NCBI GenBank assembly: GCA_964387645.1
Contig: CAYLYM010000007.1
Span: forward strand, 149 to 64,148
DNA from: an uncultured Calditrichaceae bacterium
GTDB taxonomy: Bacteria; Calditrichota; Calditrichia; RBG-13-44-9
Length of the DNA stretch: 64,000 nt
Direction: 5' to 3'
In this document: positions 31,501 to 41,328 of the stretch, one piece after another
Position numbering within the stretch: the stretch's first letter is position 1
How the letters are laid out: each line of letters begins with the position of its first letter
The notes under the pieces: model-generated
Databases searched by the model: none
Told to the model about the DNA's origin: nothing
The model's input: only the letters and a program-made list of their open reading frames with translations
Program-made: the position numbers and the translations under genes

Positions 31501-31840
31501 CAACTACTTTGGAACACCAGGCGCGCCTAATGCAATTGAGCATATTGTTGAAACGGTACCAAGTAAGTTCCAGTTAAAGCAAAATTATCCGAATCCATTT
31601 AATCCAACCACGAAGATCGCTTTTGATTTGCCGAAAGCCAGTAAAGTGACGTTGACCATTTATAATACACTTGGTCAAAAAGTTAGAACGCTAGTAAATA
31701 ACCAGTTAAGTGCCGGTTCATATTTAGTTGATTGGGATGGACGCAATGAAGCTGGCATGAAAGTTTCCAGCGGATTGTATATCTATCGTCTTGAAACGGA
31801 TAATTTTGTGGCAACGAAGAAGATGATGTTAATGAAATAA
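28580..31840 (+). CDS. Large secreted protein with two internal copies of an 'LLVDDD' module and T9SS C-terminal sorting domain
   Basis: Signal peptide. Repeats begin ILLVDDSNG and LLLVFDEPYDW. C-terminal LKQNYPNPFNPTTKI...GLYIYRLE...KKMMLMK. Confidence 0.7.
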   Translation: MYKKVLVLLLGVLFLFSLVNADNSALKNHKVDKVTKKVGLVGPDGVNYNVKYLKNVKSPLENIGIKPTGKFNDAQPLKKKLLPKVGNTESFEDVIQYADRPYDAGFIFGPNDSVAVWFRPATQCSLLAVVVDFNDDAVGYTYNIEIHRVADHVDGVYDFSKGTESGASMDGFDQNWTGPMLGSFEYTVSAADIVEFPINAFGLTDEQQNIGLHDFAVMWAFPPETGADEAQLYGDTPTPLNHHGFKYYSEGHASLGGQPGWVARYNFSIWAKVLYYGDPPPTIENANDLADQYNSVDPGPYTVEADVKDLGTDVFTGYVRKVALILDNDDDLANGVTDTIWVYNEPSGTDDSVHVSYDIPNPGVGNSVYYWWYAEDNGAENTSDPEAVTHVTVSKKMHFTVREKNPDATILLVDDSNGQGLSEQYTSALDAYGYVYDVWDTQDGDTTSLEILSLYNTLIWYTGTANGGKFNDLVESQIIPFLDNGGNLFFSSSDFVGVREEFENEWTEWTVPTDPFITNYLKVSEILDDANATRTESGYSSDTLYTGLEGTITEPAIVDTFEADMLDFGYTDWSGEVIPADDAETIMQVFSEELGDWDQTAGLAYTGTYKLVYLPWCFESIIDGAVRTKLLSIFLGDFFGENAAPLFSNLDGPRYGVSGNGPFDVSVEVEDMDGAVATVELGYSVNQTDYVWVGMTEQDGKYVGQIPALQSGDTLVTYTVRATDDQGKTQYHTETRYIIPTDFVPENTNLLLVFDEPYDWYVGVNVDSSVIDILDEMGVAYDIWDADARGLMDAKTVLSNYHTVIWVGYADWEGDHLPMKSADNPIAEYLDMGGHFFLSSEEIMGAWTNWENAEFTSGDFAYDYLGVEWVGHDFGYDTLKTDMDPAAASLVAGLDSIVQLSVPEGSGIGNYADVIDPVGLSEDNVTAAVPFWGWLPDYEFFYYASVAYENVIFTPFTIAGLDSTVRATFLANVLNYFGTPGAPNAIEHIVETVPSKFQLKQNYPNPFNPTTKIAFDLPKASKVTLTIYNTLGQKVRTLVNNQLSAGSYLVDWDGRNEAGMKVSSGLYIYRLETDNFVATKKMMLMK

Positions 31841-31860
31841 AAATGAATCTTTAACCACAG

Positions 31861-31899
31861 AAAAGCCAGGGAACTATTCCCTGGCTTTTCTTATTTTTT
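31861..31899 (+). terminator. Rho-independent terminator
   Basis: AAAAGCCAGGG-aactatt-CCCTGGCTTTT followed by CTTATTTTTT. Confidence 0.6.
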
Positions 31900-31998
31900 A
31901 CCCCTCCTGCTAAATAAATGTTTTTATCAAAAAAATTCTCGAATTATATTGATGAATATGATATTATTATTCTTCAGTTTATTATAAGGAGGATTATC

Positions 31999-34900
31999 GT
32001 GAAATTGGAAAAACGTTTATTGTGTATATTATTTATTTGCATTTTAACAATTTCGAGTTTTGCTAAAGCTCCCCAATTGAAGATTTTTGGTAATGACAAG
32101 CAACTTTACATTCCGGGCCAGTTTGTAGTCAAATTCAAAAAGAGCCGGGGACGCAGTTTTTGGAAAGCAACAAGTGTGCAAAGTTATTTTTTAGCTTATA
32201 ATGTTAAAAATGTAAAATCTGTATTTTCTCATGTGAAAAATCAAATACTAGCTGATCAATTAAACCTCCACAACACATTTCTGGTGGAAGTAGATAAAAA
32301 TGTAAACATTCGACATTTGATTCAAACCTATCGAAATAATCCAGATATTGAATATATAGAACCACATTATATCGGTTTTGTGGAAAGTATCATTCCTAAT
32401 GATCCGTTGTATACCTCTCAACAATATTTAGAGCAAATACATGCACCAGAGGCATGGGATATTACTCAGGGAACGTCAGATATCATTATTGGTATTTTGG
32501 ATACTGGGGTTGATTGGAAACATGAAGATTTGAAGAATTCAATCTGGCACAACCCCGGAGAAATAGCGGAGAATGGAATTGATGATGATAACAACGGTTA
32601 TATTGATGATATTATCGGTTGGGATTTTGTTGATGGTATAGCTGATACAGCAGCCGGAGAAGATGGATTTTTACCAGATAATGATCCTATGGATTTCGAT
32701 GGGCATGGAACACATATAGCAGGCATAGCTGCTGCAACGACAAATAATGATACAGGTGTAGCTGCTGTGTCCTGGGGAGCACGGATTATGCCACTGCGCT
32801 GTGGGTGGCATGCCTCCGATGGTAATGGATATGTTTCTTCTGTTTTTGCAGCAGAAGCCTATACTTATGCTGCAGATAATGGTGCACATATTGTAAATCA
32901 GAGTTCGGGAAATAGCGGACAACTCATTGTGGATGCAGCTCTTTATGCCTTTTTGAATAATGTTTTAATTACCGAATCGGCTGGCAATTCAAACGCTCCA
33001 ACACCGAGTGCACTGGGAAGCCAGTTTTTTGTTATGAGTGTGGCTTCTGTGAATGATCAGGACCAGAAAGCAACTTACTCCAGTTTTGGTTCCTATGTGG
33101 ATATTTCTGCCCCTGGTGGTGATTTATCTTCAGGAACGGGCTCAAGGATACTCAGCACTTTTCCGGAAAACCAGTATCGAAACCTTCAGGGGACGTCCAT
33201 GGCTGCCCCGGTGGTCGCCTCAGTAGCCGCATTAGTGAAAGCTCACGAACCCAATTTAACTTCTTTAGAACTTTATACGAGGCTCGTTGAAACAGCGGAT
33301 AATATTGATAACTTAAATCCTGACTATATTGGTCAATTAGGTGCTGGACGGGTGAATGCTTATCGAGCGCTGACAGAATACACGACACCCAAACCTCAAT
33401 TTACTCTATTGAATGTGCAGGTAGATGACCAGACCGCAAATGGGAATGGTATAATAGAACCTGGTGAAAATTTTAGTATTCAACTACACTTGCGGAATTT
33501 CTGGGAAAATGCAGCAAACGTTATTGCTACACTTCAACAGCAAGCAGAAAGTCCTTTGTCAATTGATAACAACGTGTATTCAGTGGGTAATGTGCCAGGT
33601 GTGAAAGATACCGCAAACTGGAACACTTCTGTATCGTTTCAGTTGAGCTGTGAACCGGATGCTTTACCTCAATCCGTTCCATTTGTAATTCATTTGGAAG
33701 GCGATGGTGGTTTTTCACAAGATTTGACATTCCAGCTTACCGTACTTCCTCAGGTATTGTTAGTTGATGATGATGACGGTGTCAATAATGTGGAAGGATA
33801 TTATACCAAAGTACTGGATGAATACAACATTGGTTATGTGGTCTGGAATCATAGCGTCAATGGTACACCGCCTACAGAATTTAAAAATTTCCCTGTTGTT
33901 ATTTGGCTTTGTGAATGGACCTTCCCTTCGTTGGATGCCACAGATCGTGCCTGGATTAAGGATTATTTAAATCTCGGTGGTCGGCTCTTTTTATCTGGAC
34001 AGGACATTGGTTGGGATCTTGGAGCGATCGATGGGACAGAATATACAGCTTCTGGTGGGGCTTCTAAAGATTTTCTGAATAACTATTTACATGCAGATTT
34101 TATTTTGGATGATTCGAAATACGATGACCTAACGGGAGTTGTTGGCGACCCCATTGGTGATGGACTTACCTTCGATGTAAAGCAGCCTGGACGAACTAGG
34201 GATCAACAGTTTCCAGATGAAATTGCTCCTTTGAATGGTGCTATTTCTATTTTTGAATATCCAAATAAAAATAGTGGGGCTATTCGCTATGAAGGTGATT
34301 ATCGTCTGGTTTATTTTGCTTTTGGTGGATATGAAGCAATTGTGGATTCAATGACAAGAAAAATTGTGTTATCCAGGGTTTTGAATTGGCTCAATGGGCT
34401 CTCTTTAGATCATTCTCCTATGAAAGATACTGAAAAATTGGATGTTCCTTATAAACTTTCTGTTGCAGTTCATTCGGAATTTGATGGTATCCAATCAGCG
34501 GCACTTTTCTGGAAAAAACAAGAAGAAGGAGCATATCATAAGATCATTATGCAGGAAACGAGTTCTAATCAGTTTGAGGCAAGTATTCCTCCAGCACAGG
34601 AAGAAAGTGATATATCCTATTTCTTTTTTGTGATAACAGATAAAGGAACCTATTTACCTAAAAAGGAATATCGATTCCATGTAGGACCAGACACCATTCC
34701 TCCTGTGCTCAGTTTCCCAGAACCTCTGCCAGAAAATCGAATAGATTTAACAAAGGCAATTCCTTTAACATTGCAAGCCATAGACAATCTTGGACTCTAT
34801 CCAGATTCTGTTTATGTTCATTATTGGCGGAAAGGCGAGCCTGAAATGAGACATTCCATGGAATACATGGGTAATGATATTTATGTTGATACTCTGACTC

Positions 34901-35793
34901 TTGATCCACTAGCAGAGCGAGCCGGTTTATACTATTTTTATTTTTCTGCAATGGATTCTTCTTTGAGTAGAAATATTACAATTAGCGATACATTCCAGTT
35001 TTCCGATACTACCGAATTTGTCGATGGTTTTGAAGAAGGATTGGACAATTGGGATACGGGCAAATATTGGGATGTATCCAGTTCCAAGCGCCATTCTGGT
35101 AAACATTCCATTTCTGACAGTAAAATTGGAGATTATAAAAATAATCTGCAGGATACACTCCGTTATTTAGGTTCTTTTGATTTAAGTCATGTTCAATCGG
35201 CCTGGATTGAATATTATATTAAGTATGATCTGGAAAAAGAAAAAGATTTTCTCTATTTAGATGTGTCACCTGATAATGGAAAGAACTGGTTCCGTATGAA
35301 ATCTTATACCGGTAGGTATGGGGGCTTTGCTCTCGATACCCTTTCGTTAATGCATTTTATTGATGAAGAAACAGACTCATTGACATTCCGATTCATTATA
35401 TCTACAGATTCTGTCAATACAAAAGATGGTGTTTATATTGACGATATTTCTATTTTTGTTTCCAACTCAATTATCGTTTCCGGAATAGATGATCATTTTA
35501 CAGGTCGGACGATTAATAAATATTTTCTCAAAGCGAACTATCCAAATCCATTTAATCCATCGACTGTGATTGAGTATGGAATTGCTTCCACTCAAAATGT
35601 GACTCTCGAAATATATAACATTTTGGGACAACGAATTAAAACACTGGTTTCTCAACAACAAAAACCAGGGATATATCGTGTAATATGGGATGGAACTGAC
35701 CAATTTAATCGTAAAGTTGCAGCGGGTATTTATTTGTATCATTTGTCGGCTGGAGAATTTGTTGAAACTCGAAAGATGATTTTAGTAAAATAA
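31999..35793 (+). CDS. S8 subtilisin-family serine peptidase with I9 propeptide, one 'LLVDDD' module and T9SS C-terminal sorting domain
   Basis: GTG start 5 nt after AAGGAGG. Catalytic Asp GILDTGVD, His HGTHIAGIAA and Ser GTSMAAPVVA. C-terminal LKANYPNPFNPSTVI...GIYLYHLSAG...RKMILVK. Confidence 0.85.
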   Translation: MKLEKRLLCILFICILTISSFAKAPQLKIFGNDKQLYIPGQFVVKFKKSRGRSFWKATSVQSYFLAYNVKNVKSVFSHVKNQILADQLNLHNTFLVEVDKNVNIRHLIQTYRNNPDIEYIEPHYIGFVESIIPNDPLYTSQQYLEQIHAPEAWDITQGTSDIIIGILDTGVDWKHEDLKNSIWHNPGEIAENGIDDDNNGYIDDIIGWDFVDGIADTAAGEDGFLPDNDPMDFDGHGTHIAGIAAATTNNDTGVAAVSWGARIMPLRCGWHASDGNGYVSSVFAAEAYTYAADNGAHIVNQSSGNSGQLIVDAALYAFLNNVLITESAGNSNAPTPSALGSQFFVMSVASVNDQDQKATYSSFGSYVDISAPGGDLSSGTGSRILSTFPENQYRNLQGTSMAAPVVASVAALVKAHEPNLTSLELYTRLVETADNIDNLNPDYIGQLGAGRVNAYRALTEYTTPKPQFTLLNVQVDDQTANGNGIIEPGENFSIQLHLRNFWENAANVIATLQQQAESPLSIDNNVYSVGNVPGVKDTANWNTSVSFQLSCEPDALPQSVPFVIHLEGDGGFSQDLTFQLTVLPQVLLVDDDDGVNNVEGYYTKVLDEYNIGYVVWNHSVNGTPPTEFKNFPVVIWLCEWTFPSLDATDRAWIKDYLNLGGRLFLSGQDIGWDLGAIDGTEYTASGGASKDFLNNYLHADFILDDSKYDDLTGVVGDPIGDGLTFDVKQPGRTRDQQFPDEIAPLNGAISIFEYPNKNSGAIRYEGDYRLVYFAFGGYEAIVDSMTRKIVLSRVLNWLNGLSLDHSPMKDTEKLDVPYKLSVAVHSEFDGIQSAALFWKKQEEGAYHKIIMQETSSNQFEASIPPAQEESDISYFFFVITDKGTYLPKKEYRFHVGPDTIPPVLSFPEPLPENRIDLTKAIPLTLQAIDNLGLYPDSVYVHYWRKGEPEMRHSMEYMGNDIYVDTLTLDPLAERAGLYYFYFSAMDSSLSRNITISDTFQFSDTTEFVDGFEEGLDNWDTGKYWDVSSSKRHSGKHSISDSKIGDYKNNLQDTLRYLGSFDLSHVQSAWIEYYIKYDLEKEKDFLYLDVSPDNGKNWFRMKSYTGRYGGFALDTLSLMHFIDEETDSLTFRFIISTDSVNTKDGVYIDDISIFVSNSIIVSGIDDHFTGRTINKYFLKANYPNPFNPSTVIEYGIASTQNVTLEIYNILGQRIKTLVSQQQKPGIYRVIWDGTDQFNRKVAAGIYLYHLSAGEFVETRKMILVK

Positions 35794-35820
35794 AAATTGA
35801 TTTAATACAGGGTATAATCT

Positions 35821-35859
35821 ACAGCTTTCTGGAGTTAAATTTCCAGGAAGCTGTTTTTA
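35821..35859. terminator. Hairpin plus T-tract terminator between convergent genes
   Basis: ACAGCTTTCTGGA-gttaaattt-TCCAGGAAGCTGT followed by TTTTTAT. It overlaps the stop codon of the minus-strand gene. Confidence 0.55.
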
Positions 35860-38386
35860 TTTGTAATGAAAAATAATTCCTAATTGAATGCGTCGGCCTA
35901 AATCATAAGCAGAAATATCATGAAGTGGACCTCCTGTGCGATTATAAATATCTTTCCATAAAACGAACTCATTTCCAAAAAGATTATAAATTTCTCCGTA
36001 AAATTGCGTTCTATTGTTTTTTATGAAGAAAGTTTTTTCCACTCGAAGATCAAGAAAATATGTCGATGTTAGTCGTGCATTATTCAAATAAGTATTGGGA
36101 CCCTGGTAGTGTGTATAAGGCAAAGGGCTATTCCATCGCCATAGGAAGTTTCCCTTGAAAGTAGGGGTAAATTTGATATTCAGATCGATTACCAGAGTAT
36201 GTCGTTGATCCCAACTTAAAGGATGTTCATCCAAAGAGGGTTTAATGTCGGTGTCTAACCATTCTACTTGATCAAAAGCACTGCTACTCATTCCCTTTGC
36301 ATGCATAAATGTGTAGCTTATTGAACCACCCATGAAGTTATTAAAGCGTTTCTTTAACAATATTTCCAATCCATTAATATATACATTGGCTGAGTTGACA
36401 AATTGTGTATATCCATAAGTAAAAATACCGCCCTGGTGAGGGTTAGAATTAAGCAATGTATTTGAATCCACCAGATTGTTGACTTCTTTTGTAAAAAGAG
36501 TAATATCTAATAAATAAGTATCATGGAAAGAGGCACGATAACCCATTTCGTAGGCAATAGTTCGAGCTGGCTTGAGATCAGGGTCTCCAAGTGGAGCAAA
36601 ACCGTAAGTTACATTCAGATTTGTATTAGTGTATAGATATTCAAACTGCGGCATTTGAAAGAAGTGGCCGTAATTAAATCTAATGTCGGAAGTTTTTGTG
36701 ATAGGAAACGTGACACCAATACGCGGGCTTATTTGAAATTTAATGCGAGCGGGAACTGAACTTGCATGATGAACAATCCAAGCAGAATCGATGTTAATAA
36801 TTTGTCGTTCTATTGCAGGCCGTTGGGCACGAGGATTAAAAAAATCATATCGTACACCAATATTGGCAACCATAACATCCAATTCAATACGATCTTGCAA
36901 ATAAAAAGCTCCTTGATAAGGCTTATAGTGGTATTCGGTATCATAGCTTATGTATCGTGGAAATTTATTATCATAGGAAATCAATTCTTTGCGAAGAACA
37001 TTTTTCTTGTAAAGGTCGTATTGCGTCAATTCGATACCGGTCTGAATCTTATGATGATAATTAATTTGATTGGTATAATCTGCTTTAATAATGGATTTCC
37101 TGGTGATCCATCCACCAGGGATAATCTCCACTTAACACATACCCAGCATAATTGGGTAGTCCGAAAGAATCTTTTTCGTAAATAACGGGTTTTAACTCTC
37201 GAGAAGATTTACCAAAAACGGACTTTAGAACATTGTATTGGCTTAGATAAAAATTTAAGTATGAATGGTTTGATAGTGTGAAATGGAATGAAGAGCTAAT
37301 TCTATAGCTTTTCTTTTCCTGTGGGGGAAGTCCTACTAAATTATATTTCCATTGATGTTCATATTCCCTCCAATTCCAGAATGAAAGGAGAAAATGGGTA
37401 TTTATTTTCAATGTATTTAGTGGTTTGAATGTTAATTTCATATTTGCATTGCCATGCAATGATGAAGAGTTGGCATAGCTCATATGTTTTAAACCTAATT
37501 CCTCTTTCAGGGTATGGTAATTTGGATGCAGAATATTTCCAGCAAAAAATAGATTTATATTTTTAGTTAATGGAAAACCAAAAGCAAGTTCGAGCTCATG
37601 GTCAAAAGGAGGAGAATTCGGAAAAGGACGTCTGATGGAATGTAGAAGAGTAAAATTAAATATAGTACGGCCAAAAAAATGATCAGTTCCTTCACGAGTA
37701 ATAATATTAATAATGCCAGACATGGCTTGTCCGTATTCGGCATTAAATCCACCAGTTTGAATAGTCATATCAATAATAGCGCTATTAGGTAAGGAACTAC
37801 CAGGTTCCGCATCAATTGCTTCGCGAATGGGGATACCATCTACCAGATAAAGCACTTCATTCTGTCGCCCGCCGCGAATATGACCGGCAACGACTCCAGG
37901 CTGCAATTGGATCGCCTGTTTAAAATTCCGGACAGGTAAATTTAGCAATTCCTGGTGCGTGATAAAATGTGTTGTGGCAGTAATATCTCTTTGTAAAAGT
38001 GGACGTTGAGCGGTAACTACAATAGTTTCTGAAGATTCCAACGTAGTAGGTTCCAGTTTAAAGTAGATAGTAGTCCTGAGATCGATAAGAATGGACACAT
38101 TGCGAATGGTTTCTTTTTTATAACCGAGCATTTGTGCTGTTACAGAATATAATCCGGGAGGTAATTGTGTGATCAGAAAACACCCATCTTCATCGGTAGC
38201 TGCTCCCACCGGTAATCCTTCAATAGTAATATTTACACCAGGCAATGGTTCACCTGTCTCTTTATCTTTTACTTGCCCAGTAAGTGTACCATAAATTCCT
38301 GCCCGTAAGGTGCATACATTGGGCAAAATCAAGATCAGAAAAAAGAATAATTTTTTTATCACGATTTTTTTTGTTCTCTCAACCAT
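35857..38386 (-). pseudogene. TonB-dependent receptor paralog (CarbopepD_reg + plug + barrel), interrupted by a 1-nt frameshift near 37100-37125
   Basis: Two overlapping ORFs, 37085..38386 (N-terminal part, RPLLQRDITATTHFITHQELLNLP) and 35857..37131 (barrel, FNYGHFFQMPQFEYLYTN...HYK). They align collinearly with the 17179..20145 receptor. The frame switches within CCCTGGTGGATGGATCACC. A sequencing error cannot be excluded. Confidence 0.5.
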
Positions 38387-39432
38387 AAATAAATTTTTCC
38401 TTGATTATCTATAGCCATTTCTTCAATGTAAGCAATTGACTTCTGGTAAAAAGGAATATAGGTTTTTAATATATTCAAGTTTTTATCACATTGAGTTAGA
38501 TAATGGTGATTAATATCATAAATCCAGAAATATGGTGGATAATATACAAAGTCTGTTATATAATAATTTTCCCGAGGAAGATTTAGAATCTGGTTTAAAG
38601 ATAAAGAAAAGATATCAAAATCCCAGATAGAATTCGAGGAGGAAATATAAATGGATTGATTATACGCAAAAATATCCCATGGCTCCTTGGAAAATTTTAG
38701 AGTGTCAATTGAATGAATAAATTGATTTGAATCGATCTGAAAAAAATAGATGTTAGAACTGAGTGAAAAAGTACCGCAAAAAGATCGGCTTTTTTGAGAA
38801 TTAAGAGTAATATTATTTAATGTTCCAACCCTGTTTTCGGGAAGTGGGTTGGGCAATGTAGCAAGGATAGTCCAGTGGGAAAAATTTTTATTAAATGAAA
38901 CCAAACGAAATGGAAAAATTTCGTTTGATAGCAAAACGAGTGATGTATCGTTTGTTTGCGAAATACTCAAAGAACGAATAACTCGATTTTTAAAAATACT
39001 TAAATTATTTAAAATAATAAAATTTTTACTGTTTTCTAAGGAAAGAGGTGTAGGAAGTAAAATAATAAGAGAAGAATCTCCATAATTCTGGAAATATCCC
39101 TTTTCTAAAATAATAAATCCTTCTCTTACAAATGATAATTGATAAACTCCAATATATAGGCTATCGAAAGTAAAATTACCGTTTTCATCGGTAGTTGAAT
39201 ATTTTTCAGGATAATTAGTTGTTTCTACCTGTTGGAGTTCCAGTGCTTTTAACGTAATTTGAACATTTGATAAAGGTAGACTATTATCAAGATCAATTAC
39301 TTTTCCCTTGAGCTGGTAGTAAGGTATTTCTGGAGGCTCAATCAAATTATTTTGCCGATCCCAGCATTCTACAAAATTTACAAGAATGAATGTCAGGTTT
39401 ATTAATAAAAATTTTAAAAAAAATTTATTCAT
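38359..39432 (-). CDS. Hypothetical secreted protein
   Basis: Signal peptide. A beta-rich N-terminal region (prealbumin/CarbopepD-like, YQLKGKVID...). Lies between the GWxTD gene and the TonB receptor in the same orientation. Confidence 0.4.
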   Translation of the reverse strand: MNKFFLKFLLINLTFILVNFVECWDRQNNLIEPPEIPYYQLKGKVIDLDNSLPLSNVQITLKALELQQVETTNYPEKYSTTDENGNFTFDSLYIGVYQLSFVREGFIILEKGYFQNYGDSSLIILLPTPLSLENSKNFIILNNLSIFKNRVIRSLSISQTNDTSLVLLSNEIFPFRLVSFNKNFSHWTILATLPNPLPENRVGTLNNITLNSQKSRSFCGTFSLSSNIYFFQIDSNQFIHSIDTLKFSKEPWDIFAYNQSIYISSSNSIWDFDIFSLSLNQILNLPRENYYITDFVYYPPYFWIYDINHHYLTQCDKNLNILKTYIPFYQKSIAYIEEMAIDNQGKIYLWLREQKKS

Positions 39433-40804
39433 CTAAAAGACTCTGCCAGTTTGGATCCTTAACTTCTCCAGTTGCAGTGGAATGTATCAGTTCATAATCT
39501 CCAAATCCTGTAAGATCGGCAAATACAAAAATAACCCCTCCTTCCAGATGATGATAATACCAGATTTCGTAAGGCTTTTTATCAACAGACATTTTGTTGT
39601 ATTCAATATCATCCGGGCGACCATATTTTAAAAGATTGCGTCCACGATCGGTTTGCCACCCCTCTTTATTAGCTGTACTAAAAAACTGATTTGCATATTG
39701 AATGCGTTCAAAATAATCACGTTTGAAAGTTTTATTAGGATTCTTGAATTTTTTATCTCGTTTATACCAGAATTGTGCCAAAAATTTCTTCTTCTCTTCA
39801 ACCGGAAGATTTTTATAAACCTGAATTTCCTGCCTTGTAGCAATGTATTTAGCCATTTCAAATTCTTTATCCAATTCTGCCTCAGAAAAAGCTCCATATT
39901 CTGCTAAATATTTATTCTGGGATTTTTTTTCATTTTTTAGAGTAAATATTGTTTTTTTCTGTGGTTTAACTAGAGTAAAACGTTTGATAGCCTTACTCAT
40001 TGTTTTACTTTCCATATCAGTTACTTCGATATTTAAAAAGTATACACCCGGATCAAGGGTAATAATATTTTTTCCACCAAAAATGACAGCACTGGTACCA
40101 GGTTTTTCATGAGATCTTTCGCCCAGATCTTTTATTACTGTTCCACTGGCATCTGTAATATAAGATTTAACCAGATAGTGACCTTTCTGATTAGGATCGA
40201 ATTTAAAATTATATGCTTCGGCATAGTAATATAGCATTGGTAATGTTACGCTATAAATAGTGCTGGGATTTGGAATAACATTCAGAACACTTTTATTGAA
40301 TTCTGGATTTGCCTGAGTGCGTGAAATTTTACTGGATAGCTCAATATCACTAAGTGTCAGAACTCCAGGTTCGGGTTGAGGAGATGAAAAATGAAATTCA
40401 TAATTTCCTGTTTTTTGAGAATGAATATCTGTTACCTTGACATTTGCAATATATTCTCCCGGCTCAACGGGAAAACGAAACTGTGTGACAAATTGGTTGT
40501 TTACACGTACTTGAGAAGTCTTTAGAATTTTTGAACTGAAATTTCTGGATTGCTCTGCATATTTCTTATCATTTTTTTTAAGAAAAACCTGAATAGTAAC
40601 ATCCGCTTGCAGAAAATCTCCCTGATCGACATATTGTAAATTTTTTGAGAAAAAAGATACATAAATTTCAGCATAGGGAGCATTATTTTGATCCAGAAAA
40701 ATAGCGGCATCAGCAAATAAAGGAATAAATTGGGTTTGTGAATAACCTACTGAATATACAAATATTAAAAAAATTAAAATCATGATTTGGAATATACGTG
40801 TCAT
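39425..40804 (-). CDS. GWxTD-domain protein (secreted)
   Basis: Signal peptide. Conserved motif EGWQTDRGRNLLKYGRPDDIE (GWxTD) near the C-terminus. Confidence 0.7.
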   Translation of the reverse strand: MTRIFQIMILIFLIFVYSVGYSQTQFIPLFADAAIFLDQNNAPYAEIYVSFFSKNLQYVDQGDFLQADVTIQVFLKKNDKKYAEQSRNFSSKILKTSQVRVNNQFVTQFRFPVEPGEYIANVKVTDIHSQKTGNYEFHFSSPQPEPGVLTLSDIELSSKISRTQANPEFNKSVLNVIPNPSTIYSVTLPMLYYYAEAYNFKFDPNQKGHYLVKSYITDASGTVIKDLGERSHEKPGTSAVIFGGKNIITLDPGVYFLNIEVTDMESKTMSKAIKRFTLVKPQKKTIFTLKNEKKSQNKYLAEYGAFSEAELDKEFEMAKYIATRQEIQVYKNLPVEEKKKFLAQFWYKRDKKFKNPNKTFKRDYFERIQYANQFFSTANKEGWQTDRGRNLLKYGRPDDIEYNKMSVDKKPYEIWYYHHLEGGVIFVFADLTGFGDYELIHSTATGEVKDPNWQSLLDE

Positions 40805-41152
40805 AGATTACTCCATGTTTTATATATTTTCCTGTATATAGTTAATTTTTTAAAATTTGAAAAGAAATCGAAGTTTATGCAAGGAAATTTATTTACCTTC
40901 TATAATAATATTTTTCAAGTATAATAAAGACGAGATGAAACCTTTAAAAAATTTTGTTTCTGTAAATCGGATATTTTTGTTTTTTTTCGCAAATTCTCGT
41001 CTCTAATTCTGACAACTTGTTTATTATTGTAATTGTGAGTAACTTTTATAATAAAAACTTTTTCAATAATTTCTTTACCTAATATCCATTGTAGTTTTCC
41101 TTCAAAATTTCTTGATTTTTAAATAATAAAGATTAAATTATAATTAATCTAA

Positions 41153-41225
41153 GCGGGTGTAACTCAGTTGGTAGAGTATCAGCTTCCCAAGCTGAGGGTC
41201 GCGGGTTCGAATCCCGTCACCCGCT
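41153..41225 (+). tRNA. tRNA-Gly (anticodon CCC)
   Basis: Cloverleaf read by hand: acceptor GCGGGTG/CACCCGC, D-arm ACTC-AGTTGGTA-GAGT, anticodon arm TCAGC-TTCCCAA-GCTGA, T-arm GCGGG-TTCGAAT-CCCGT, discriminator T. No encoded CCA. Confidence 0.85.
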
Positions 41226-41328
41226 CTGTTTTTTTATTCGTAAAGTCCTGCCTTATGAATATGATAAGTGATTGTTATTACAAAATATTCAATTCATCGA
41301 TTCTAATTTTCCTGTAAATTGAAATTTA

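Noticed and set aside
36766-37185. 139-aa plus-strand ORF
   Set aside because: It is antisense to the frameshift region of the TonB-receptor paralog. No independent support.
41153-41225. tRNA-Gly as an integration hotspot / genomic-island boundary
   Set aside because: No integrase, transposase, direct repeat of the tRNA 3' end or compositional shift is visible on either side. The flanking genes are ordinary.
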